Assembly: GCA_038326215.1 (NCBI GenBank)
Contig: JBBQJU010000002.1
Span: 1 to 41,648 of the forward strand
Source of the DNA: Gemmatimonadales bacterium
GTDB taxonomy: Bacteria > Gemmatimonadota > Gemmatimonadetes > Gemmatimonadales > GWC2-71-9
DNA length: 41,648 nt
Direction: 5' to 3'
Below, piece by piece: positions 19,083-26,501 of this stretch. How positions within the stretch are numbered: the stretch's first letter is position 1; the number at the start of each line of letters is the position of its first letter. The notes under the pieces are model-generated. The model saw nothing but the letters and a program-made list of their open reading frames with translations, was not told the origin of the DNA and did not search any database. A program made the position numbers and the translations under genes.

Positions 19083-19104
19083 GGGGCGAGGCATGCCTCG
19101 CCCC
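19083..19104. repeat. REP family C palindrome, copy 3, abutting the MFS stop codon
   Basis: It is an exact 22-mer. Its last base is the first base (on the plus strand) of the MFS stop triplet at 19104-19106. Confidence 0.9.
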
Positions 19105-20453
19105 TACGTACCGATCACCACGGGGTCCGCCTCGTATCCCGCCGCAATCACCACCGTCAACAACGCCACCCCCGCCAACCCGACGAACACCCAGGTCATG
19201 CCGTGTCCGGCCACTGGCCCCGGCAGGCCGCGCAGTGCGCCAAGTGCGGCGACGCCGATCGCACCGCCAAGAAAGCGCGAGAAGGCGCCGAGGGCCGTCA
19301 CCACACCGCGCTGTTCGCGGGAGACGCTCGACTGCGCGTCGACGACGGTCGCGGTGGAGAGGAGCCCGAAGCCGAGGCCCATGACGAACATGATCGCCGC
19401 CAGCACCCAGATCGTCGCCACACTCGAGACGAAGGCCGCCAGCGCGACCGCGCCAATCGCCAGGAGCAACGCGCCGAGGCGAATCGTGGCCCGCCGACCA
19501 CGTCGCAGCATCATCCCCGGCGAACGACTCGCCGCAATCGGCCAGCCGAGCAGCAGCGGCGAGAGTGCCGCAGACGCAGCAATGGAGCCGCCGCCGGCAA
19601 TCAGCCGGAGCGGCAGCCAGGTGAGCACCACCATCAGCATCGCACCCACCAGCCCCAGGAGCGCGATCCCGGTGCCGAGGCGTGGTGAGCGGAGGACGTG
19701 GATCGGAATCACCGGATCGGCGGCGCGTCCCTCGACCACGATCAGCGCGCCAAACGCCGCCACCGAGAGCAGCGCCATCGGCACCGTCGCGACCTGTTCG
19801 ATCGCCAGCAGCAGCGCGAAGGCGCCGACCGCGGTACAGAGCACACCGAGGCGGTCGAGTGGCAGCCGGGTGAATTCACGCGAATGTTCACGATACGCCA
19901 GCGCCACGATGCCGATCGCGGCCAGCGCAAACGGAATGTTGATCCAGAAGATCCAGCGCCAGCCGATGGTCGTGGCGAGCAGCGAGCCGAGCAGTGGACC
20001 GATCGCGCCGGAGGTGCCCCAGACGGCGCCGATGATGCCCTGCACCTTGCCGCGCTCGTGCACGTCCCAGAGGTCGCCGACGATGGTCAGTGTCACCGGC
20101 TGGATCGCGCCGGCACCGGCGCCCTGAATTACACGCCCCAGGACCAGCAGGTCGAAGGTCGGGGCGAAGCCGGAGACGAGCGAGCCGAGGGCGAACAGCA
20201 GCAACCCGATGTAGAGCAGCGGCGCGCGTCCGTGCCGATCGGCAAGCTTGCCATAGAGCGGGATGGCAACGGTGCTGGCCAGCAGGTAGGCGATGTTGAC
20301 CCAGCCGTAGCGGGCGTCACCACCGAGCTCGTGGACAATGGTAGGCAGCGCGGTCGCAACGACGGTGGCCTCGATCGCCGAGAGGAACATGGCGAGTACG
20401 AGGCCAACGAGCGTCCAGCGGCGACCGACAAAGCGGGAGGAAAGGGGGGGCAT
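19104..20453 (-). CDS. MFS transporter (14-TM drug:H+ antiporter-like)
   Basis: It has many TM helices and MFS signatures (LYGKLADRHGRAPLL, VIQGAGAGAI). ATG at 20453 was chosen because the longer start at 20504 lies in REP A. Confidence 0.85.
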   Translation of the reverse strand: MPPLSSRFVGRRWTLVGLVLAMFLSAIEATVVATALPTIVHELGGDARYGWVNIAYLLASTVAIPLYGKLADRHGRAPLLYIGLLLFALGSLVSGFAPTFDLLVLGRVIQGAGAGAIQPVTLTIVGDLWDVHERGKVQGIIGAVWGTSGAIGPLLGSLLATTIGWRWIFWINIPFALAAIGIVALAYREHSREFTRLPLDRLGVLCTAVGAFALLLAIEQVATVPMALLSVAAFGALIVVEGRAADPVIPIHVLRSPRLGTGIALLGLVGAMLMVVLTWLPLRLIAGGGSIAASAALSPLLLGWPIAASRSPGMMLRRGRRATIRLGALLLAIGAVALAAFVSSVATIWVLAAIMFVMGLGFGLLSTATVVDAQSSVSREQRGVVTALGAFSRFLGGAIGVAALGALRGLPGPVAGHGMTWVFVGLAGVALLTVVIAAGYEADPVVIGT

Positions 20454-20461
20454 GCGGGAGA

Positions 20462-20544
20462 AGATAGCGAACAGCGAGCGGCGAACGGCGAGCGGCGGAT
20501 GCACCGCGCGGTTCGCCGTTCGCCGTTCGCTGATCGCGGTTCAT
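20462..20544. repeat. REP family A full hairpin (5 + 5 heptads, loop GGATGCACCGCGC)
   Basis: The left arm is agatagc gaacagc gagcggc gaacggc gagcggc. The right arm is ggttcgc cgttcgc cgttcgc tgatcgc ggttcat, and its last heptad holds the stop of gene 20541-20909. Confidence 0.85.
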
Positions 20545-20909
20545 CTGCCGAAAAACGTCGCCACTGCTTCCCGCACGTCGCGCATCAACCCCGGCGGGTT
20601 GCTCCGATTGTACTCGGTGTACCGCTCTTCCTCGGCCTGCCGAGTCGTCAACCAATCGAGCTCGCCCTGCGCCAGCGCCAGCGCCGTGCGATGCGGGCCG
20701 GCGTCGGCCGGTGCAGTCGCCTCGACATGGGCCAGATGCGCCGCCAGGAGGTCGCGACGACGCTCCAGCAGGGGCCGACGCGCCGCCAATTCCTTGGGCT
20801 GAACCGGGTGTGCCCCAATGCCACCAAATGCCAGCAGATCTGCGATCATCAGTGCCCCAACGAAGGTGTGAGTGTGGTAATACCCGGCAAATGGGAAAAG
20901 ATTCGCCAC
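20541..20909 (-). CDS. hypothetical protein
   Basis: It is a 122-aa ORF with a GTG start and ordinary composition. I recognise no family. It is bracketed by two near-identical family A hairpins. Confidence 0.55.
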   Translation of the reverse strand: MANLFPFAGYYHTHTFVGALMIADLLAFGGIGAHPVQPKELAARRPLLERRRDLLAAHLAHVEATAPADAGPHRTALALAQGELDWLTTRQAEEERYTEYNRSNPPGLMRDVREAVATFFGR

Positions 20910-20921
20910 GGGTGGGGTCGG

Positions 20922-20990
20922 GAATGACGGCGAACGGCGAACGGCGGATGCACCACGCGGTTCGCCGATCGCTGATCGCTGTTCGCTGTC
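20922..20990. repeat. REP family A full hairpin (loop GGATGCACCACGC)
   Basis: The sequence is ...ggcgaacggcgaacggc ggatgcaccacgc ggttcgc cgatcgc tgatcgc tgttcgc. It has the same orientation and nearly the same core as 20462-20544. Confidence 0.85.
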
Positions 20991-20996
20991 TGTTCA

Positions 20997-21067
<71 letters not shown>

Positions 21068-21187
21068 GAATGCCGGAGGATTCTAGTCGCCCCTCTGGCC
21101 GGTGTCCACCAAATTGGGGAACCGGGAGGCGGTCCCGGACGTTATGCTTGGGCAGGGTGCCCCCCTCCCTGCTTACCTGGAGTCCCC

Positions 21188-21397
21188 ATGTCCTGCAATG
21201 AATCGCCCCTCTTCCGTGGCATCCGCGTCGTCGCCGGCCTCGTCATGCTCTACCTCGGCTGGACCCATGCCGTCGCAGGAACCGCCGGCACCGTGCTCCA
21301 GTGGCTCGGCTTCGTGCCCGTCCTCACCGGCCTGACCGGCTTCTGCCCGCTGTACTCCGCCCTGGGGATCAACCGCTGCGGGCCGAAGACGGCGTAA
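21188..21397 (+). CDS. DUF2892 (YgaP-like) small membrane protein
   Basis: ATG at 21188 has GGAG 5 nt upstream. The sequence RVVAGLVMLYLGW...LGFVPVLTGLTGFCPLYSALGI fits the family pattern. Confidence 0.75.
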   Translation: MSCNESPLFRGIRVVAGLVMLYLGWTHAVAGTAGTVLQWLGFVPVLTGLTGFCPLYSALGINRCGPKTA

Positions 21398-21785
21398 CCG
21401 CGCTTCCCAGTCGCATCGTCAGCCCCCGCCGGCACGAATCACAGCTGATCTCGACCGGCTGGTCGGGGTGGATCATGCCGAAGCCACCACCGATCCGGTT
21501 CACCGCCTGACACTTCGGGCAGGCGAGCCGGAGCGGGGTGAGGCGCGCCACCGCACGGAGCTGCCGCACCGCCGCAACCCCGCCGCCGATGAGCAGCATC
21601 GGTGGCCCCATCAGGTGGATGATCGGAATCGGAATCAACGCCACCGCGGTGACCAGCGCCACCACGAAGATCCCGACCGCGCGCAGCAACCGCGTCCGGT
21701 AGGGGATCTCGGTCAGCACCCCCGCACCGGTCACCGACTCACCGCCGCCGCTCATCAGCACGACCGTCACCATGCGCTCATGCAT
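21369..21785 (-). CDS. hypothetical membrane protein with a C-terminal CxxC...CxxC zinc-ribbon
   Basis: It has two TM helices followed by CPKCQAV...CDSCRRG. Its start overlaps or abuts the ctaG stop (ATG at 21785 or 21773). Confidence 0.6.
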   Translation of the reverse strand: MHERMVTVVLMSGGGESVTGAGVLTEIPYRTRLLRAVGIFVVALVTAVALIPIPIIHLMGPPMLLIGGGVAAVRQLRAVARLTPLRLACPKCQAVNRIGGGFGMIHPDQPVEISCDSCRRGLTMRLGSAVTPSSARSG

Positions 21786-22569
21786 CGACGGTGTCCCGTT
21801 CCGCGGTGCCGCGCCAGAAGACCACCAGGAGCGCGATCCACAGCGGTATGTCGCCGAGCAACTTCATCGTCAACCCGGCGAGCTGGATATCCTCGTTGGC
21901 GGAGAAGCGGATATCGACGCGCGGCGCCAGTTCATAGAGCGCGTACATCGGCCAGTCTGAGAAGACCATCATCATCGCCGGGATGGTCGGGACGATCGTC
22001 GCGCCGAAGAGGTAGCCCATCTTGCCGAAGGTCCCGAGGCGCGTGAATGCCGGCGGCGCGACGAGCGGCCACCAGAGGATGAGCCCAGCCACGAGCCATG
22101 AGGCATCGATGAGAAAGGAGCCGAGCTGGCTGCGCATCGCGGGGTCGACCACGGCAGGAAAGTGGCTGGTCACCACGATCAGGTTGTAGCAGACGAGACC
22201 GGGGATCACGCGGGCCATCATCGCGAGGAACCGATGCCGCGTCGAGCCGACTGGCGCGAGGGCGAGCCACCCCTCCTCGGGGATCGAACGCAGCAGCGCC
22301 GGCCCCACCAACAGGGTGAGCATCAGGAACTGGAAGGTGTGCACCGAGGCGAGGTAGCCAGCGCCGAGCTTGCCGACCGGCCAGTCGAGCGTGACGAGCA
22401 GTGCGAGCCACGCCGTGGCGAACCATCCCCACGGCCGGCGACTCCAACGCTGGCGCACGCCAAGTTGCCACCATGCGGCCGCGAGCAACAGCAACGCGAG
22501 GTGCACGCCCGGATACCACTGCCATTGCCAACTCCAGGGCAATCCCGTCGCCGCACACCACCACTGCAT
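21778..22569 (-). CDS. ctaG: cytochrome c oxidase assembly protein, CtaG (caa3-type) family
   Basis: It is a polytopic membrane protein with a Trp-rich N-terminus (MQWWCAATGLPWSWQWQWYPGVH). Its topology is typical of the caa3_CtaG family, and it sits in a copper-chaperone context. Confidence 0.7.
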   Translation of the reverse strand: MQWWCAATGLPWSWQWQWYPGVHLALLLLAAAWWQLGVRQRWSRRPWGWFATAWLALLVTLDWPVGKLGAGYLASVHTFQFLMLTLLVGPALLRSIPEEGWLALAPVGSTRHRFLAMMARVIPGLVCYNLIVVTSHFPAVVDPAMRSQLGSFLIDASWLVAGLILWWPLVAPPAFTRLGTFGKMGYLFGATIVPTIPAMMMVFSDWPMYALYELAPRVDIRFSANEDIQLAGLTMKLLGDIPLWIALLVVFWRGTAERDTVDA

Positions 22570-22572
22570 CCG

Positions 22573-23025
22573 CTACTCCTCGCCGCCCACCGCGCGTACG
22601 GTGGTCGACTGCTTGATCGTCCGACCACTGCGGAAGTGGAAGGTCATCGAGACCGAAGACCCCACCGTCAGCGGCGTGACGAAGTGCTCCAGCATCAGGT
22701 GCCGCCCGCCGACGGCAAAGGTCACCGAGTCACGCGCCGGAATCGCCAGCCAGGTCAGCGGCATCATCATCGTCTGGCCGTCGCCGTGGTCCATCGATTC
22801 ATGCAGCGTCACCGAATCGGCAGCGGGCGTGGTCACGCGATCAAGTGTATCCGCCAGCGGACCGCGGTTGTACACCACCAGATACCCCGACGCCGTCACC
22901 GCTCCCACCGGCGCGATGCGCACTTCGAGGCGCTCCACGCTGAGCGGTGCCGCGCCGCCTCCACACGCGGTGGTGAGCAGGACAGCGATCGCCGTTCGCC
23001 GTCGGCCGTTCGCCGTTCGCATCAC
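22573..23025 (-). CDS. copper chaperone PCu(A)C (DUF461)
   Basis: It has the H..M / M-rich / H.M pattern (LHESMDHGDGQTMMMP...GGRHLML) and a lipoprotein-like leader. The leader codons (RTANGRRRTA) are encoded by family A heptads. Confidence 0.8.
   Translation of the reverse strand: MMRTANGRRRTAIAVLLTTACGGGAAPLSVERLEVRIAPVGAVTASGYLVVYNRGPLADTLDRVTTPAADSVTLHESMDHGDGQTMMMPLTWLAIPARDSVTFAVGGRHLMLEHFVTPLTVGSSVSMTFHFRSGRTIKQSTTVRAVGGEE
22985..23025. repeat. REP family A single arm lying inside the PCu(A)C 5' coding region and the sco/PCu(A)C junction
   Basis: Heptads gcgatc gccgttc gccgtcg gccgttc gccgttc gcatcac. Confidence 0.75.
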
Positions 23026-23642
23026 GGCCCCGTTCCGTACTCGACCAGCTTCGGCAAATCATGCGCCCAGTCCCGCTGCCGCGTTCCGAACGGATACTGC
23101 ACCCGCCCCAGCCCATCCCGCGTATGGGCGATCACCTGCGATGCATGCCCCACGAGATAGCTTCCCGCAGCACTCGCCGTGACGGTGTCCTTCTCGGCCG
23201 TGAGCAGTCCGGCCGCGAGTTGCGCTGCCTGAATAGTGGAGTCGGAGCCGGTCAACGCGATGAAGCGCGGATCGAAGCCCGCCACCCACGGCGCCAGCAC
23301 CGCCATCGAGTCGCGCGCCGGGTCGACGGTGACGAAAATGACCTTGACCTCGCGGCTGACCTCTTCCGGGAGCTTGTCGAGCACCGCGGCGATGTTGGCG
23401 AGGTGCACTGGACAGACATCGGGGCAATGCATGTAGCCGAAGAAGAGCAGCGTCACCGTGCCGCGGGTCGCGTCGGCGAGGTGGTACGGCTGCCCCTTCG
23501 CATCCGTGAGCACCACGTCCGGCATCGGGCGCGGCGTGATGACCTCGGCGCCGATGAAGCCGCCGGGCGAGAGCGGACGGTCGATCCCACCGCCACAGGC
23601 CACCGTGCCCAGGGCGAGCAGCACCAGCCACACGGGCTTCAC
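23022..23642 (-). CDS. SCO1/SenC family copper-binding thioredoxin-like protein
   Basis: It has the CPDVCP motif and a lipoprotein leader (LALGTVACGG). The GTG start overlaps the copC stop (GTGA). Confidence 0.85.
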   Translation of the reverse strand: MKPVWLVLLALGTVACGGGIDRPLSPGGFIGAEVITPRPMPDVVLTDAKGQPYHLADATRGTVTLLFFGYMHCPDVCPVHLANIAAVLDKLPEEVSREVKVIFVTVDPARDSMAVLAPWVAGFDPRFIALTGSDSTIQAAQLAAGLLTAEKDTVTASAAGSYLVGHASQVIAHTRDGLGRVQYPFGTRQRDWAHDLPKLVEYGTGP

Positions 23643-24013
23643 TCGACGAAGTCGACCGAGAAGCCGTACGCGCCGCGCACCACGTGGCCATCGGCGGACG
23701 CGGTCTTCCAGCGCACGACATAGCGGCCCGGCGGAATCGGCCGAGTCAGCGGAGCATGAAGTTCCTTGCCAGCGACCTTGGTGTCGATCACCAGCGACAT
23801 GACGTTGCTGGAGTCCGGCCGGAGGAGCGTGATCGAGGACAGCTTCGGGTTCACCTTCCCCGAAAAGGTCAGCACGACCTCACGAGGCGGCCCCTTCACG
23901 GTCGAATCGCGCTCGGGGACGGAACTCTTCAGTTCAGTGTGAAACAGCAGCGCCGCCGGTGCGACCACCGCACCGAGCAGCACCGCGACAACCTTGGACA
24001 ACAGCACGTGCAC
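23639..24013 (-). CDS. CopC domain protein
   Basis: A signal peptide is followed by HTELKSSVP... and ...YVVRWKTASADGHVVRGAYGF, which is typical of CopC/YobA. Confidence 0.8.
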   Translation of the reverse strand: MHVLLSKVVAVLLGAVVAPAALLFHTELKSSVPERDSTVKGPPREVVLTFSGKVNPKLSSITLLRPDSSNVMSLVIDTKVAGKELHAPLTRPIPPGRYVVRWKTASADGHVVRGAYGFSVDFVE

Positions 24014-24048
24014 TCCCCGAAAGCAGACCCTGCAATATAGCGCGACGC

Positions 24049-24432
24049 TCAGGGGGCGATGGTCACCTTGTCGACGAAGTACGGCGTGTCCCCGAAGCAG
24101 CTCGTCGGCACCCCGCGATGCTCGGCGTAGTGCAGCACCACCCGCTTGCCGACCGCCTCGCTCATTCCCTTCGCGACCTGGTCATCCCGCACCGTGAAGC
24201 TCCACATCACCGGGGCGACCCCGGGGACGGTGGTCATCGCGATCTCCCCTTCCCACGTCTTGCAGAGCCACCCCTTGTGCGAAAACTTCTGCAACACGCC
24301 GGCGCGCTCGCCCTCGGAGTACGCCCAATTGAGGGCGCCACCCGCGTAGATCGAGAAGAGCAGGACCGGGATCACCACGATCGCCAGCGCGATCAGGCCC
24401 CAGCGGCGTTTCCCCTTCGGTGCATCGGACAT
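24049..24432 (-). CDS. hypothetical membrane-anchored protein
   Basis: ATG at 24432 has a GAGGAG RBS. It has a single N-terminal TM helix and ordinary composition. Confidence 0.65.
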   Translation of the reverse strand: MSDAPKGKRRWGLIALAIVVIPVLLFSIYAGGALNWAYSEGERAGVLQKFSHKGWLCKTWEGEIAMTTVPGVAPVMWSFTVRDDQVAKGMSEAVGKRVVLHYAEHRGVPTSCFGDTPYFVDKVTIAP

Positions 24433-24468
24433 GGCGTTCTCCTCTGTCAGCCAACCCACATGATTGCG

Positions 24469-26052
24469 TCAGCGCCCGCCGCGCAGGCCCGTCGAAAAGG
24501 TAAAGCCCTTCCCCACCACGAAGACCCACCCCGACGATTCACGGTCATTCCCGACCCGATAGACCAGATCCATTCGATTGGCCTCAAGGTCCGGCGCACG
24601 CGACGCACCGAGCCGGAGCCCGACCCCCATGTCCCAGCCGGTGCGCATCGCGGAGCCGCGGTACCACGCCCCGCCATGATCGACGAAAGTCGCAATGCCG
24701 ACATCCATCACCTTCAGGAAGTCGACCGCCGCGCCATAGCGGTACTCGGCGGTCACGAAGAAGGCGCGGTCGCCGGTGAAGGCATGCTGCCTGAAGGCTC
24801 GGGGGCCGGCGCCAAGGCCGAGGTCAAACTCGCTCCCCGGCAGCATGCCGCGAAGGATCCCGCCGGAGAGGTGCACCACCGCGAGGTGTTTCGGCGAGGG
24901 GATCCAGGCCGCCGTGGCGCTGACCTGAGCGGCCGCCGAGTCGAGCCCGCTGCTGGTCAGCATTCCGCTGACACTGAAGTCCACCAGCGAGAAGCCGCGC
25001 GCCGAGCCGCGGCCGAGCCGCCCGGCGATCCCCGGCGCAATGCCGTTCTGCGCGTACCCGAAGGCGCTCGGCGCCAGAAAGAGCGAGGCCCGGACGACCG
25101 TGCTCAGGTCGAGGTCTTCGTCCCGACTGAGCGAATTGTAGCCCTGCACCTTGGCGTAGCGTCCACTGCGCAGCTCCAGCCACCCGCCCACCGATCCCGT
25201 CACCGAGCGGGCGCTGAACCCGGACGCGTCGAAGCCCTGCTGCGTCTGGAAATCATCGCGCCGCAGCTGCCCGACCACGCCAGCGCGCAGATAGCCGAGG
25301 CTCGGCGTCCGCAGCGCGCGCGCGACCTCGACGCGCCCCAGTACGTAGCGACGCTGCAGCGTGTCGGTGGCCTGCTCGATCCCCTCGCGAAAGCGCAGCA
25401 CGCGCTCGGTGCGGGTATCCCCGCCAATGCTCCAGGCCGACTTGCCCCCCAGCGAGAAGAAGGACTTTCCGACCGTGCCCGCGGCCAACTCGCCATCACT
25501 GCGATTCTCAACCGCGGCAAAGAGCCCGATGCGTCCCCCGATCAGCCGCGGCTGCCGGAAGGCCAGCGTCGTGGTGGTGCGGTCCGGGTTCTTCCGATAC
25601 AGCAGCGACGTCTGCGTCGCGGTCCCGAGGAGATTGTCCTCGATCAGCGCGAGGGTGTACACGATTTCCCCACCGGTGGAACGGAAGCGGAAATCCGGCC
25701 GGGTGCTCCAGCCATCACGCGTGGTGACCGTGACCACCAGCCCCGAATCGACCGAACTCGTGTCGATCTTCACCGAGCGGAACACCCCGAGCCGCCGGAG
25801 ATTGCGCTCGCTCTCGGCCATTTTCGCCGAGTCGAACGGCTCGCCTTGGCGCAACAGCACCTCGCGCCGCACCACGTAGGGGAGCGTCGTCACATGGAGC
25901 CGGTTGACGAAGTTCAGCAGCCAGAAGCGGGACTCGTCGGGATCGAAGATCGAGCGGCGCTCGAGAACCACTGCCGCCACGGGAGTTTGGGCGTTGGCGT
26001 GGCCGGGGATGGCGGCAGCGAACAGCGAACCGAGCACAGCGAACAGCGACAA
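24469..26052 (-). CDS. Omp85/BamA-TamA family outer-membrane protein (POTRA + beta-barrel)
   Basis: It has a POTRA-like segment (VVRREVLLRQGEPFDSAKMAESERNLRRLGVFRSVKID) and a long barrel with alternating hydrophobic residues. The signal peptide SLFAVLGSLFAAAIPGHANA follows TTG at 26052. The start is uncertain, since the ORF track extends to 26214 through REP A. Confidence 0.75.
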   Translation of the reverse strand: MSLFAVLGSLFAAAIPGHANAQTPVAAVVLERRSIFDPDESRFWLLNFVNRLHVTTLPYVVRREVLLRQGEPFDSAKMAESERNLRRLGVFRSVKIDTSSVDSGLVVTVTTRDGWSTRPDFRFRSTGGEIVYTLALIEDNLLGTATQTSLLYRKNPDRTTTTLAFRQPRLIGGRIGLFAAVENRSDGELAAGTVGKSFFSLGGKSAWSIGGDTRTERVLRFREGIEQATDTLQRRYVLGRVEVARALRTPSLGYLRAGVVGQLRRDDFQTQQGFDASGFSARSVTGSVGGWLELRSGRYAKVQGYNSLSRDEDLDLSTVVRASLFLAPSAFGYAQNGIAPGIAGRLGRGSARGFSLVDFSVSGMLTSSGLDSAAAQVSATAAWIPSPKHLAVVHLSGGILRGMLPGSEFDLGLGAGPRAFRQHAFTGDRAFFVTAEYRYGAAVDFLKVMDVGIATFVDHGGAWYRGSAMRTGWDMGVGLRLGASRAPDLEANRMDLVYRVGNDRESSGWVFVVGKGFTFSTGLRGGR

Positions 26053-26122
26053 CCGTTGACCAGACCAGGTCGCCGGTGCCGCCGTTCGCCGTTCGCCATT
26101 CGCCGTTCGCGTTGCGTTCAGC
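26018..26122. repeat. REP family A: the left arm overlaps the Omp85 signal-peptide codons and the right arm has six heptads
   Basis: The left arm is gcgaacagcgaaccgagcacagcgaacagcgac. The right arm is gccgttc gccgttc gccattc gccgttc gcgttgc gttcagc, and its last heptad contains the stop of the 26118-26381 ORF. Confidence 0.75.
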
Positions 26123-26381
26123 TCAACGACTCCAGCAGCCGCCACAACTCGAGCGGCGAAAACTCCGCGAAACGGGCCTTCACGTCGGGAACGCTCCATT
26201 CGCGGAAGATCCACGCGGAGGAGCGGCGGACGTCGCCGGCCACGAAATGGACCCGGCCCACGGCAAGGGGGCCATCCTGGCGCGTCTCAAGGTGGACCGA
26301 CCAATTCGTCCCGCCACGGGCGAGGTCGCCCATGTGGTCGGCATTGGAGAGATCGATCGTGTCGGAGGGAGGTGTGGTCAT
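26118..26381 (-). CDS. hypothetical small protein (87 aa)
   Basis: This is the C-terminal part of the 702-aa ORF track entry. From ATG at 26381 the composition becomes ordinary (MTTPPSDTIDLSNADHMGDLARGGTNWSVHLETRQDG...), whereas the upstream part is R/G/P-rich antisense of real genes. Confidence 0.5.
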   Translation of the reverse strand: MTTPPSDTIDLSNADHMGDLARGGTNWSVHLETRQDGPLAVGRVHFVAGDVRRSSAWIFREWSVPDVKARFAEFSPLELWRLLESLS

Positions 26382-26501
26382 GGTCACCGGGGCGAAAGAC
26401 CTTCCAAGGGTAGCGACGGGCCACGACCTGCGCCAGCAGGGGCCACTATATTGCACCGCTGCGGAGGCTGTCGTTCCGCCCGAACTTTCCCCGGAGACCC
26501 C

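Noticed and set aside
20462-20990. A gene flanked by two imperfect-palindrome elements next to a tRNA looked like an integron cassette with attC sites.
   Set aside because: There is no intI integrase and no attI site. The arm units (GTTCGCC) do not fit the attC core GTTRRRY, and the same repeats occur all over the window in non-cassette contexts.
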